Source: Lama guanicoe (Eukaryota). Taken from it: DNA of 64,000 nt. The notes below the pieces were generated by a model that did not search any database, had not been told where the DNA came from, and saw only the letters and a list, made by a program, of their open reading frames with translations. Location: contig MU053629.1 of the NCBI GenBank assembly GCA_013239625.1, positions 2,259,567-2,323,566 of the forward strand, given 5' to 3'. This document shows, piece by piece, positions 1 through 13,141 of this stretch. The first letter of the stretch is position 1. Each line of letters begins with the position of its first letter. The position numbers and the translations under genes are program-made.

Positions 1-68
1 ACTTGTGGGCTGTTAGGGAAATTTATACCCTAAATGCTTATATTGGAAAATAAAGAAAGATCTAAAAC

Positions 69-335
69 AGGGGTTGATGAACCTTCTCTGTAAAGGGCCA
101 GATAGTAAGTATTTAAGGTTTTGCGGGCCATGCAGCCTGTTACACATACTCAGGCTGCTACACATGCCTTGTGGTGAGATCAGGCATAGACAATGGGCAA
201 ATGAATAAATGTGGCCATGTTTCAGTAAGACTTTATTTCTGAGCTATATTGAATTTCATGTAATTTCACATGACATAAAATATTCTTCTTTCATTTTTTC
301 TACCACTAAAAAATATAAAGTCCATTCTTAGATTG
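69..335 (+). mobile_element. MER58-like hAT-Charlie DNA transposon remnant
   Basis: Begins GGGGTTGATGAACCTTCTCTGTAAAGGGCCAGATAGTAAGTATTTAAGGTTTTGCGGGCCA, resembling the MER58 5' end as recalled; boundaries approximate. Confidence 0.6.
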
Positions 336-479
336 TTAATTAATCTTTAAAATATCTTTTTATGACCTTGTGAGAAGACATAAAAAACACAAACCACAAA
401 GGCAAAACTTGATATGTTTGACTTCATTAAATGTAAAACTAGCCAAATATACTTTAGAAAATAAGCCACCAAAAAAGAA

Positions 480-1520
480 AATGAAGAAGTTAAGTCCATG
501 TCAGACATTTTATACCAGGTTAAATTCCATATGGATCAAAGATTTAAATATTAAAAATTAAGCCATAAAAATACGAGAAGAAACCATAAGAAAAAACTGT
601 TAATAAAGTGATGGAATGGGGAAAGCCTTTTGAAATATGACAAAAATTCTGAAGCAATAGAAGACTTACAAACATAACAACATAAATAATTCCTGCAGAG
701 TATTAACCATTGTTAGCAAATGACAACTGGGGGAAATATCTGATTTGTATCACAGATAAAAGGCTTACTTTAGTATATTAAGAATCACAAATAAGAAAAA
801 GACTATAATTCAGTAGAAAAATGAGCAAAGGATATGAACAGACAGTTCGCTAGAAAGGAAATACAAATGTCTTGTAATGGTATCTTGTAATGAAGTACAA
901 ACTCATAATAAGAAACATGACATTAAAACTACATAAAACACCCGTTTTCCCCATCAGATTGGCAAAACCAAAAAGTTTAAAAACACTGTGTTGCCAAAGG
1001 GAAAGAACAGCAGGTGTTCTCATGCGCTGCTGATAGGTGTATAAACTATAGGGCGTTCTGGCAGGCTTAGGAAAAAGCCAAATACAAATGCTCTATGATT
1101 AGCAATTTTACTTACAGGAATTTATCTTACAGACATATAAATGTAAGCAAGATAAAACATTTGTACAGGTTATTCATTCAGCATTATTTGTAATAGAAGA
1201 GTGAACCAACCTGTATATCTGTCAACAGAGAACTGATTAAATAAGTAATGGTACAATTTGAAATCATTCAAATACAGCCAGTGAAAAGAATGAGGTAATT
1301 CTGTGTATACTCATATAGAATGATCCAAAATATATGGTTACATGGAAAATGTGCAGAACATTGGTGTGTGTTGCTACCCTTTGAGGAAGAATGTATAAAC
1401 ATATTTGCTAATAAATATATGAAATACCTCTGGAGGAATACATGGATATCCATGGATGTTTCTGAGTAGGGGACCTGAAAGGCTGAAGAACAGTGACAGG
1501 AGGGACACTTCATTTTATAT
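480..1520 (+). mobile_element. Old degraded LINE-1 (L1M-type) fragment in a ZNF609 intron
   Basis: A-rich, with L1 ORF2-end/3'UTR-like phrases (aaattccatatggatcaaagatttaaat; aaaatgagcaaaggatatgaacagacagttc; ttattcattcagcattatttgtaatag); no intact ORF. Confidence 0.6.
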
Positions 1521-2298
1521 TGGGGTTTGCTTGAGGGGTTTTGGTTGGGGTTGTTTGTTTTTATTTTTTGGTTTTTTTGCTACCTTTTAAATTTTGGAGT
1601 GTGACCATATTGTCTGTTCAAAATTATGTTTAAATAAAATGAACATACCGGGAATGTTCATTGTGATGTCATATAAGAGTGGAAATGTGCCCCCCAAAAT
1701 CTAAATTTCCATCAGCAAGAGTGTGTAAAGTGTGGTCAAATAATGCAGTGACATACTTAAGCACAGTTAAAAATAGTTTAAGCTTTTCATGAAATTCGTA
1801 GATAAATCTCAGATGTGTAATGTTAAGTGAGATAGGTAAGTTACACTCCCAGCATGGTCCTGTCAATGGAAAGTTTGAAAATAAAGTAACCATTGCTTTT
1901 CAACTATGATATTATAGTCTTTAAAAAAGAAATTTCATGTAAGTATAGCACAAAATCTTAAATCCATTGAGCTGGGTGGTGGGTACATGAGTTTTTGTTA
2001 AGCTGTCCTTTGTATTTTTTTAGTGTGTTTGAAATATGGCATAATTTTTTAAAAGTTAAGAAAATGTTTCTTAACTGGACCATGAAATCCGTGCAACTGT
2101 TGCCCATCCTCAAGGACCCAGCAGTGTTGTAGGCATCTCCAGCGGGGCTGTTCCAGCCTAATCCTGTTAGGCCCTCTGGGACCCAGAATACCCCTAAAGC
2201 CCTCCTACAGGAGCCAGAACACTATTCAGGTGGAAAACACTCTTCTCAGCAGCCAGCATGGCCTCTACTGTCTATATCTGAGTGTTCTTGTCTTCCAG

Positions 2299-2386
2299 GC
2301 ATGTTGGTGGTCAATGTAACATGGAGGAACAAGACTTACGTAGGTACCCTTCTTGACTGCACGCGGCATGACTGGGCACCCCCCAG
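2299..2386 (+). CDS. ZNF609: ZNF609 internal coding exon, (G)[28 protein letters not shown](R)
   Basis: Acceptor tcttccag (AG 2297-2298), donor gtaagc at 2387; peptide is the conserved ZNF608/ZNF609/Scribbler motif; phase 2 matches the next exon (AG|G = Arg). Not in the ORF track. Confidence 0.92.
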
Positions 2387-3101
2387 GTAAGCATTCTGTA
2401 GCTGTTTAGTTGACACTTATCTGAACCGCCCTCGCCAGTGACCCCTTATACCTTTATCCTGCTAGAGTTGGACAGCTTTTAAAAGACACCCAGCTTTTAA
2501 AGGACATAATGGTATAGAGACAAGGGAAGGCATTGTATTCACCTGGCGTTCAAGAATAATAAATGAATTAGGTGTTGATGGGTTGGGTAGAAATGGTGAG
2601 GATATCCTGTTTAAGGCTTTGTCTGCAGTTACTGAATTCTGGCTTCTACCTGTGGTCACCTTGAGAGCAGGTGAACAAACATTCATTGATGATGCTTTTT
2701 TGATAGTAGCTGTCTCTCAGAAGTGTAAACTCAAGAACATTTTCAGTTCTGTAAACTCCATTAGGCAATCTGGGTTTCACAAGGGCCTGTTCACATTGCA
2801 GTTGACCATAAGACTGACATTTCAGTGAATATCATCTTACAGCTTGTTCCTAACATTAGTTTCCAGTTTGCCAGGGTTTGGGGAACCCAGATCTTGGGGA
2901 GTAATTGATAGTCAGCATGCAAGTAATATCCTAGGAGCTCACCAGTTAATGCAGTTGCCATGCTTTTAAAAGTTCCTTTAACAAATCATATTCATTCAAG
3001 ATGATAGTTACCATCTGGGCAGTTCTAGAGGTGGCAGCTAAACTGGTTTGAAGATAGCTTCTTTTCTTAATACTATCCTGTTGTGTTTGTCCTTTGCCAA
3101 G

Positions 3102-5442
3102 GTTCTGTGACTCTCCCACCAGTGACTTGGAGATGCGCAACGGTCGGGGTAGAGGCAAACGCATGCGTCCCAACAGTAACACCCCTGTCAGTGAGACAGC
3201 CACAGCCTCTGACAGCAAAGGGACCAGCGGTAGCAGCAAAACCCGAGCCGGAGCCAATAGCAAAGGCCGTCGGGGCAGCCAGAATTCTTCAGAACATCGC
3301 CCACCTGCCAGTAGCACCTCCGAGGATGTCAAGGCCAGCCCTTCCTCAGCTAATAAGCGGAAAAACAAACCCCTTTCAGACATGGAGCTGAATTCTAGCT
3401 CAGAGGACTCCAAAGGGAGCAAGCGTGTCCGTACAAATTCCATGGGCTCAGCCACTGGCCCCCTCCCTGGGACCAAGGTGGAACCCACTGTTCTAGACAG
3501 AAATTGTCCCTCCCCAGTCCTGATTGACTGTCCCCACCCAAACTGCAACAAAAAGTACAAGCACATCAATGGGCTTAAGTACCACCAAGCTCATGCCCAC
3601 ACAGATGATGACAGCAAGCCAGAAGCAGATGGAGACAGTGAGTACGGAGAGGAGCCCGCCCTCCATGCAGACCTCGGGAGCTGCAATGGTGCATCTGTCT
3701 CGCAAAAAGGTTCCTTGTCCCCTGCCCGCTCAGCTACCCCCAAAGTTCGGCTCATAGAGCCCCATAGCCCTTCTCCTTCAAGCAAATTTAGCACAAAAGG
3801 CCTCTGTAAGAAAAAGTTGGGTGGGGAAGGGGACACAGATCTCGGGGCCCTATCCAATGATGGCTCCGATGATGGACCCTCCGTAATGGATGAAACGAGC
3901 AATGATGCCTTTGATTCTTTGGAAAGGAAATGTATGGAAAAAGAAAAATGTAAAAAACCCTCTAGTTTGAAACCTGAAAAGATTCCTTCCAAAAGTTTAA
4001 AGTCAGCCCGGCCCATTGCCCCTGCCATCCCCCCACAGCAAATTTACACCTTCCAGGCAGCCACCTTCACAGCCGCAAGCCCAGGCTCCTCCTCCGGCTT
4101 GACCACCACGGTGGTCCAGGCCATGCCCAGCAGCCCCCAGCTCAAGCCCATTCAGCCCAAGCCCACTGTGATGGGAGAACCTTTCACAGTCAACCCTGCC
4201 CTGACTCCAGCCAAGGACAAGAAAAAGAAGGACAAAAAAAAGAAAGAGTCTTCAAAGGAACTTGAAAGTCCTCTGACCCCTGGGAAGGTGTGTCGAGCAG
4301 AAGAAGGCAAAAGCCCCTTCAGGGAGTCATCGGGAGATGGGATGAAGATGGAGGGGCTCCTGAACGGCTCCTCAGACCCCCACCAGAGCCGACTGGCCAG
4401 CATCAAGGCCGAAGCTGACAAGATCTACAGCTTCACCGACAACGCCCCCAGCCCTTCAATCGGAGGCAGCAGCCGCCTGGAGAGCAGCACCCCTACCCAG
4501 CCCATGACGCCCTTGCACGTAGTGACCCAGAACGGAGCCGAAGCCAGCTCGGTGAAAACCAACAGCCCTGCCTACTCCGACATCTCCGACGCCGGGGAGG
4601 ACGGGGAGGGCAAAGTGGACAGTGTCAAATCAAAGGACCCTGAACAGCTGGTTAAGGAAGGGGCTAAGAAAACCCTTTTTCCCCCTCAGCCGCAGAGCAA
4701 GGACTCACCCTATTACCAAGGCTTTGAGAGTTACTACTCCCCAAGTTACGCACAGTCCAGCCCAGGGGCTCTGAACCCCAGCAGCCAGGCAGGAGTGGAG
4801 GGCCAGGCCCTGAAGGCAAAAAAGGATGAGGAGCCTGAGAGCATAGAGGGGAAAGTGAAGAACGATGTCTGTGAGGACAAGAAACCCGAGCTGAGCAGCT
4901 CCAGTCAGCAGCCGTCCGTCATCCAGCAGCGCCCCAACATGTACATGCAGTCCCTGTACTACAACCAGTATGCCTACGTGCCCCCCTATGGCTACGGTGA
5001 CCAGAGCTACCACACCCACCTCCTGAGCACTAACGCCGCCTACCGGCAGCAGTATGAGGAGCAGCAGAAGCGCCAGGGCTTGGAGCCGCAGCAGCGGGGC
5101 CTGGACAAGAAGGCCGAGCTGGGCCTCAAGGAACGGGAGGCGGCGCTCAAAGAGGAATGGAAGCAAAAGCCGTCAATTCCACCAACTCTCACCAAGGCCC
5201 CCAGCCTGACAGACCTGGTGAAGTCGGGACCCGGCAAGGCCAAGGAGCCAGGGGCGGACCCTGCCAAATCAGTCATCATTCCCAAGTTAGATGACTCTTC
5301 CAAACTCCCCAGCCAGGCCCCGGAAGGGCTTAAAGTGAAGCTGAGTGACGCCAGCCACCTAGGCAAGGAGACCTCCGAGGCTAAGACAGGTGCTGAGTGT
5401 GGCCGCCAGGCAGAGGTGGATCCAATACTCTGGTACCGACAG
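3102..5442 (+). CDS. ZNF609: ZNF609 large coding exon (2341 nt) with the single C2H2 zinc finger
   Basis: Lies in the 789-aa ORF 3094-5463; acceptor AG 3100-3101, donor CAG|gtaact at 5443; finger CPHPNCNKKYKHINGLKYHQAHAH at 3529-3600; basic tract KDKKKKDKKKKE. Confidence 0.95.
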
Positions 5443-6331
5443 GTAACTTCTGGAGGGAAATAGAAATACTGTGTGATAGTCTTTCTCTCTTTCTCACTAA
5501 TTAGAGCTGTCCTTATGTAGGGAACCAACAGAATACAGATTAGAGAGGAAATCTATAATTTCAGGGATTCTTCACCTTTGTAAATCATTTTAATGTTTTT
5601 TAAAAGCACTGTGACACCAGTAAAAGGTGTTATTCCCATTTGACAAGAGAGGCCCAGGTAGGTTAGCGTGGTTTGCCTGGGGTTACTTGAGACGTCACTA
5701 GGAGAGCCAGAGCTAGAACCCAGGCACCTTGATTCCTAGTCCAGTGTCTCTTCCGCTGTTTGGTTCCTAATGGAATGGAGTGGTGATCCCATTTTTTTAG
5801 AGTAGGCCGAGAGCACGCAGCTCAGACTGAGCTACTCTCAAGAAGGGTTTTACTGGCAGAGTAAGAACTGAGAACTTGGTCTTACGTTTTGCTCTGTTCA
5901 CGCAACTAAGAAAGACTCCTCTTCCCTCTTTGTGCCGCAGTTAGACCGCCCCCCTGAGCCGGGCAGCACCATCAGCTCTGTGCCCCGAGCTTGCTCTGAA
6001 GAAGTGACAGCCCACATACCCCTGGAGAGGGAGTGGCTTCTTGTAGTCAAGGAGCCGTTTCCCCAGAATGCTCATCTCCCAGCGAAGACCCACGGGTGGA
6101 TTTTCCTTTTCTTTCCCCACATCTTGTTTCCTTTGAAGGGGCTGGGGAGGCGGCAGGCATTTAAGCAGGAGGGACCAGAACTGGTTGTAAACGAAGATCA
6201 AATAGAGGCCAGGGTCCTGCTCCGGCCCAGGTGTCTAGTACTATCTGCTGTGGTATTTCTACTGGGACCCAGGGCTTGAAATCTCCCTCCCATCTGTGCA
6301 ACACTCAGAGCTCCCTCTGTGATTGCTGCAG

Positions 6332-6698
6332 GAAGCAGAGCCCCGGATGTGGACGTATGTTTACCCTGCCAAGTACTCAGACATCAAGTCAGAGGATGAG
6401 CGGTGGAAGGAGGAGCGGGACCGCAAACTGAAGGAGGAAAGGAGTCGGAGTAAGGACTCTGTTCCCAAGGAGGACGGGAAGGAAAGCACAAGCAGTGACT
6501 GCAAGCTGCCCGCGTCCGAGGAATCCCGCCTTGGGAGCAAGGAGCCCCGACCGAGTGTCCACGTGCCTGTGTCCTCCCCGCTCACCCAGCACCAGTCCTA
6601 CATCCCCTACATGCACGGCTATTCCTACAGCCAGTCGTACGACCCCAGCCACCCCAGCTACCGGGGCATGCCTGCCGTGATGATGCAGAACTACCCGG
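6332..6698 (+). CDS. ZNF609: ZNF609 coding exon EAEPRMWTYVYPAKYSD...MMQNYP(G)
   Basis: Acceptor tgctgcag (AG 6330-6331), donor gtacgg at 6699; within ORF 6323-6808; phases match both neighbours. Confidence 0.92.
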
Positions 6699-8119
6699 GT
6701 ACGGCACCTCGCTCCCGCTGCGGTTCCATCCGCCGGGGGGCGAGTGAAGCTCAGGTTCAGATCCAGAGTTTTCTTGCTCAGCTCCAAGGCTCACTGAGGC
6801 TCAGGTAGATGACAGCCCTTGTTTGAAAGTGGCGCTCTGTGAAGTGGTCACTCTAACCGTGAGCTCCCTGAATGACCCCCTAATTACAGTCTGTGGGACC
6901 TCCTCTCCCTCATTTGCTTCAGCTAGAGGTCGACTCCACAGCCAGTTTTCGTGGATAACTAACTAGAGGCAGAACACCCTCTCTGCTGTCTTCCCTCAGC
7001 TGGGATTTTTTAAACACATCCTGTGCATTTTGCAATTTGCTAGGCACTGTGGGGAATACAAAAGAAATGGAGAAGATTAGTTCGCCCCCCACAAGGAACT
7101 TACAACTTAATTGTAGCCCAGGAGACACATGGAACAAATAGAATTCAAACCAGGACGGTACATGTATTCATTTGCAAGATCATGTTTAGCTGTGAGGTCA
7201 GGAGGCAGTCGGTGAGAGGAAGAGCAGCTGGAAGTCAGACGGAGGGGAGAGTCCAGCCAGAAAAGGTTCAGTTTGGGAAAGATAAGCTGTTTATACTGCC
7301 ATCCGTGAGTTCTTGGGGAGGGGGCCACAAAGTAGGAGTCTAAGTGTTTCTTAACTTGTAAGAAGAAAATGCTTTTCAATTCCCCTCACTGATTTCTGCT
7401 GCCTGAAGAGCCACGTGGGATGCTTCTGGGGTGGAAGGGCCCTTCTTTCCCTCCTTAGAGCTCCCACCTCCCTGTAGGAGAGCAGCCGAAATAGTCTGGA
7501 TACTGACATTATAAGGCAAATTCTAAATAGGACGAGTAAGCTCTTCAGAGATAGGAAGCTGTCTCGCCCTGTAATATTCCTTCCTCCTGTCCCCCCAGTC
7601 CTGCTGTGTAGCAGCAGCAGTTCCACTCGAGTGCCTGCTCGGGCCAGACCGGACTAGGTGGTTTATGTACATCAGCTTATTTAATCCTCTCCGTCACCCT
7701 GTAAGTCGGTATCTTCATTTTGATGATCAAGAAACTGATTAGCTCAAAAGGCGATTAATTTGCTCAGGGCTACCCAGCTGGAAAGTCTCACAGGTAGGAT
7801 TTTAGCCCAAGGACATCTGACTGCAAATCCAGTGATCTTTCAGATCCTATGGCTGTCTGTCACTTACAGATGGAGCTCTGAGATTGGGGCTCTAAGGAAG
7901 TTGATTCCCGAGAAACTGAGGGCCACGTTCCTACATCCCATAGCTGTTTGCCTCCGGAGCTCAGTAAAGGAGAGATACACTAAGTCTCAGGCTGAAGACA
8001 CTGTGGTAGAAAATAGCCCAGCCTGTGCCTAGGAAAGCTGGTGCCCACCTAACCAGGCTCAGGAAAGCGGAGTTTCTTCTACCTCTCTCATTTCTGACTG
8101 CTTTATTTCTCTCCCCCAG

Positions 8120-8295
8120 GATCCTACCTGCCTTCCAGCTATTCTTTCTCCCCGTATGGCAGCAAGGTCTCAGGGGGTGAAGACGCTGACAAGGCACGAG
8201 CCAGCCCCAGCGTCAGCTGTAAATCCAGCTCCGAGTCCAAAGCTCTGGACATCCTGCAGCAGCACGCCAGTCATTATAAGAGCAAGTCTCCCACG
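8120..8295 (+). CDS. ZNF609: ZNF609 coding exon (G)SYLPSSYSFSPYGSK...ALDILQQHASHYKSKSPT
   Basis: Polypyrimidine acceptor ctttatttctctcccccag, donor gtaagg at 8296; open frame, phase-consistent. Confidence 0.92.
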
Positions 8296-8526
8296 GTAAG
8301 GAAAGTGCAGTGACACTGGCTGTTGTCACAAACCGATAAGGCCAGATCCAGGGTCTAGGAGAAGGTGGGCGAGTTCGGGTCCTAACCACAGTGCAGTTTG
8401 GCTGACCTGACATAAGTTCCACCGGGTACCTCTTGTATCTTAGGAGGAGTCAAATGTGGGCTGTGGGCACCTTGCTTTCATGCGTGTGTCTCACAGTAGT
8501 GCTTTTGTGTCTGCTTTCCTTTCCAG

Positions 8527-8743
8527 ATAAGTGATAAAACTTCTCAGGAGAGAGATCGGGGAGGCTGTGGGGTGGTTGGGGGTGGTGGCGGCTGTAGCAG
8601 CGTCGGGGGAGCAGGTGGGGCTGAGCGGAGTGTTGACCGGCCGCGCACCTCCCCGTCTCAGCGCCTGATGTCCACGCACCACCACCACCACCACCTGGGG
8701 TACTCGCTGCTCCCGGCACAGTACAACTTACCCTATGCAGCAG
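8527..8743 (+). CDS. ZNF609: ZNF609 coding exon ISDKTSQERD...STHHHHHHLGYSLLPAQYNLPYAA(G)
   Basis: Acceptor ctttcctttccag (AG 8525-8526), donor gtgagc at 8744; overlaps ORF 8572-8790; His6 tract. Confidence 0.92.
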
Positions 8744-9229
8744 GTGAGCCTCATTCCCCGCTTCCTGTCTTTCCTACTCCATCTCAGTAGCATTGCCCAC
8801 AGCAAGGGGCCCATGGCAAGAATCCTTTTTTGGGGGGGGGGTTGGTTTGGTTTGTTTCCTTGAGCTTCAGATCTGTCCAGAATCCTAGCCTCCTGCAGAC
8901 AATCATTAAAGCATATGAAATTTATTTCTTCCCTCGGTGCGTGGGGATTCTCAAACCCCTCCAGAAAATTGGCTTTGATACTCAGAAGAATAAGGAACAG
9001 GTGTTCCCACAGACAACGAGAAACCAGCCACTGAAAAATAGAGCCTTACTATCTATCCCCAGCCACTGTATCTGACCAAGTATCAGGGTTCCTTCTGTCG
9101 GCACCGCAAAGCTCAGTGGAGCTAGGAATGTAAAGAGGAACTCCTCCCAAGAGCCCCCTAGCCGGCCAAGAGAAAGCGCTTCACGGGCGGGTCCTGGGAG
9201 TGCGACTAACGTGTCCTCCTCCTCATCAG

Positions 9230-9303
9230 GGCTTTCTTCTACAGCCATTGTTGCCAGCCAGCAAGGCTCAGCTCCCTCACTCTACCCACCCCCCCGGAGG
9301 TGA
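9230..9303 (+). CDS. ZNF609: ZNF609 last coding exon (G)LSSTAIVASQQGSAPSLYPPPRR-stop
   Basis: Branch-point-like GACTAAC (9204-9210), pyrimidine tract, AG 9228-9229; TGA 9301-9303; exon continues to 9308, then donor gtaagt. Confidence 0.9.
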
Positions 9304-12300
9304 GAACGGTAAGTGACTTTTCCATGTGGGGCAACAGAGAGAGCAGGGGTAGTTGATACCTGGATCACAGAATCCCTGGGAACCTCTGTGAGGGACAGCT
9401 CTGTGGGCTCGGTGGTCCAAGCCGCCCGTGAAGCCACGTGCCTCTGGGGGGAGCTGTGGAACATCTCCCCTGGGGACCAGGACCGGCCTCCCCTGCAGCT
9501 CATGTTCTTGGAGCGCCACCTTGTGGTTGTTTTACCAGCAGGCCGAGTGCCTGGTTATCTGTCCATGTTTCCCTTGCAGAACACCAAGTGCCCGGATAAA
9601 GTCAGCTTCACGGGCCCGGACTGGCTCACCCAAGGAGGTGCTGGAGGTGCCATTTAGACATCAGTTAAATGGTGTTGGTCATCCTGTTTGCCGTTCCCAC
9701 CATGACTGAAGGCAGACCCTTGGCTATCTCGCCTCCACCAGACCCCTGGACTCCCTGACCCTCCCTCTTCCTCAGGACCTGGAGACTGGTACTTAGCAAA
9801 AATATTTATTCTCTCGGCCACAGCTGTGACTGTTGTGGCCTCTGTGGAGATGAAGGCGTGGGGAGCAACCAGGGGAACATGGCCTCAGCCCAGAGAAGTC
9901 ACTGCTCTGTTCCCCAAGCTACTGGTCAGCTGCCAGAGCAGTAGCAACCCCCTCCCCGCCAGGGAGGGGCCCTCAGCACTGGGCAAGGTCTGAAGACAGC
10001 ACAGCAGCCATACCCCGTCACCATCATTACCATCATCACCAGACCCTGCATCTCCCCAGTGGTTTGGGCCCTGGGAACTGGCAGCACATGGAGGAATTAG
10101 AATCTCAGGAAAGAAATTGGGGGCTGTTTTCTCTGCAGTTGTGAAGACAAGGTCTTCAAACATGAAGACTTCTCCCCTCTCACATGAGCACATGTAAACG
10201 CTCAGAGCCCAGCCTCGAGAGGGAGACCAAGGCATTTGCTCCACCGTGGCCTTGGGCTGCCTGTCAGGCAGAGGGCCGGGGTCCCAGTACCGCCCCAGGG
10301 CTCCCCGGGGACACCGGGCGGGAGCTGGAGCCGGAGCACGATGGAGCCTGGGAACTGGGAGCTGCACCCCGCTGCGTCCTGCGCTGCTTAGCCCCCACTC
10401 CTTGCCCTTTTCTCACTCCCCTCCTGACCCCTTGGTGCCTTTCCCAGGGGGATCCCCACGCTGATCTCTCCTCTCTTCCACTGCTTGGCTCTTAAGACTC
10501 AGGCAGGTAAAACAGTATCCCCCAGCTGGGGGAGCTTTGGAATCTGCCAGGTCACCTGAGGGCAAGCCCGCAAGGCAGGCCCTGGGAGCACCCAGCCCTA
10601 CTTAGAGATGTGCTTTCCATGCAGCCGTCCAAGTGTCATCCTCATGTAGGGCCACAAATCTATACAGCCCAGTTTCTCTGTACACAACTGCACAACTTTA
10701 CATAGCTCAGTCTGTAACCCGTGTGTGTGCCAACATAAGCCGTGTTTCTTTGTAACACATGTTTTTGTTTGAGGGGCCACTGACCACGGGAGGTTGTGTT
10801 CCTTAGACCCTGGGAAAACACATGCAAGCCATTACTCCTTGGAGCCACGGAGTACACTCACTGGAGCTGTACTCTGAGGCAGAGATGTTTCTCTGTTCTT
10901 AGAAATGCAGCCCCAGTCCGGGCTTTATGCTCTTGTACTAGGAAAGTGACAATGATTTGGTAACTTTATTGAAGTCACTTCTTCCCCAAAGTGTGGGGAG
11001 CTTTAGCTCTTAACTTTGTTTTTGAGGTACCATCCCTTTGCCCTCCTCCTGTCCTGTCTTTCCTTGACCTTCTGGATTGAGAGAGAGATGAAGACTGACA
11101 GGCACCAGCCTAGGTCAGAGACAGGTGTTTGTGACCAGAGTGCCAAAAGTGACTATGTGAGAGCAAGGGCTTGGCCCTGGAACAGTTGGGGGCATGGGGA
11201 CCGAGGGCAGTAAGCACAATGCCCAGCGGAAGATGCTTTCCGAGATCCCCAGAGCCCCACTCCAGAGAGGCTCAAGGTTATTTGCCCAAGATGAGCCCCT
11301 CGGTCCTATAGCCCTTTCTTCTAGGTTTCCATGTCCTTGTTTTTGTTCAAGTTGGGTTCTGAGCCCCTCCCAAAATACCCACTGTTTTAGACCTCTTAGC
11401 AGGCCCCAAGCAGCCTCTCCCCCCATTATTCCTTCTGCCTCCTGCTGCCCCAGCGGGCAGAGCTCTGAGCAACGACTTCCTGTTCACCCATGGAAGTGGT
11501 TGGTGTGGACACCTTGACCCCACCTAACCTGAGTCATCCCCAGCAAAACGATGGCTCGCAACTTCAGTCTGATTATGCCCTCCCAGGCTCCTGTGGGGTG
11601 GAGCCAGGGGCCCATCTGTTCCTGTTTGTTTTTAAATATTGCTGTGTGTTTTGTATCTGTGGCGCTAGCTTACAGCGTGCTCTGTACATATTGTGAAGAA
11701 ACTGTTCGGAGTAATTTTCTTTCCCATTGGACAGGAATGGCCCCACATTCCTGCCCTTTCCACTTTATTCTGTAACAGAGAAAAGGAACTTCTGTATTAG
11801 CAGGGCAGCCTTGGGTTCTGCAGAAGGGAACAGCCTTTTCTTTTTCTTTTCTTTTTCTTTTTTTTCCTTAAAAAACACTTGGCTCTTGGATCCTTACATC
11901 CAAGTCTCCCTTGAAGAGCAGGAGCTAAGCTGCCCAGAAAGGCAGGTGGAAGCAGCAGTGGCAGCATGGCACTCCTTTTCCTGATCCCTGGTCCCCCGGC
12001 CCCTGACCCTGGCCAGGCCCAGCCTTCCCTCCCTGAAGTAACACGCAGCAGCAGTGATGGATGCGAGAGATCCTTGACGAGAGCTGAGTCGAGGACTTGC
12101 TGTCCACCTCTAGCCTCTCCACATGGATGGGGAGGGAGGAGCACGGGGCGGCGGGCGGTGTACCTGTGGCACCTGTGACCTGGGCCCAGGGTTCAGACAC
12201 TCATCAAGGATTCCCACCCCACCCCAGCAAAGGCAGGAAGAGTTTGCTGCTAAGAGCCGAGACCACCAGACCAAGGCTCTCTGTGAGCCAGCCCTGCCCA

Positions 12301-13109
12301 GTTCTCTTGACAGACGTTGCTCCTCCGGGCCCCGACAGAGAAGCTAGAGGGAAGAAGCCTCGTCCCCAGGTAGGACAGCCGAGGCTCGGAGAGCTGCTCT
12401 GGAGGACTCACGTCTGCTGCTTCCTCATTTAAGGTGTGCCAGTTCCCTTCATCCCTGCTCCCTGCCCGGGCATGTACGTGCACACGTATGACATTTCCTC
12501 CTCTTACCTCACCCTCTCCACACATCTCAAGGTCAAAGGACCACATGCAGAAGGGTTAAGAGGGCACTCTATGAAATGAAATGATGCTTCTGAATCTCTT
12601 CTCTCCAGGCTCCAAGGAAGTGGGGGCGGGAGGGCTTGGTTTGGGAATGGGAGGGGAAGACTGCAGAAGGGCTAGAGTCATTGTATACGGGCTTTGACGT
12701 CACCTGTGTCACTTACTGTCCCATACACCCAATCACCATCTCAGTGTCTACTCTGATGCCCCCGAGACTCAACTGGGCAGCTAGCTGGCCCCATAATTCT
12801 GGGCCTTTGTTATTTGTTTTATTATTAGGGCATCCCAGGAAGCTTTCTGATGATCCTCTGCCATGGGCCCCTCCTGGGATGGAGCCCCTCCCAGGCCGTC
12901 CCCAGCCCCTCCTGCCCCAGCCCACCCGCTTGCCTTGGTGCTCAGCCCCCCACTGGGAGCAGGTTGGGGCGAGCTGGAGGCCCGGGCTGGAGGGGCAGTG
13001 TTGCTGTTCATAGCTTTTGTTCCATTGGTGTTGCTCTGTTGAATTTAATTTCAGTCTTCCTGATTCTTCCCTTCTGTAAAGTGTACATTACCAAGTTCCT
13101 TGTTTTTTT

Positions 13110-13141
13110 TATATATATATATATATAAATATATATATATA
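13110..13141. repeat. Interrupted (TA)n microsatellite in the ZNF609 3'UTR
   Basis: tatatatatatatatataaatatatatatata read directly. Confidence 0.9.

Noticed and set aside
1..2298. Source exon of circ-ZNF609
   Set aside because: That circular RNA comes from the ATG-containing early exon, which lies upstream of this window.
2946..5528. Antisense and alternate-frame ORFs overlapping the large ZNF609 exon
   Set aside because: Expected shadows of a long GC-rich coding exon; no recognisable protein.
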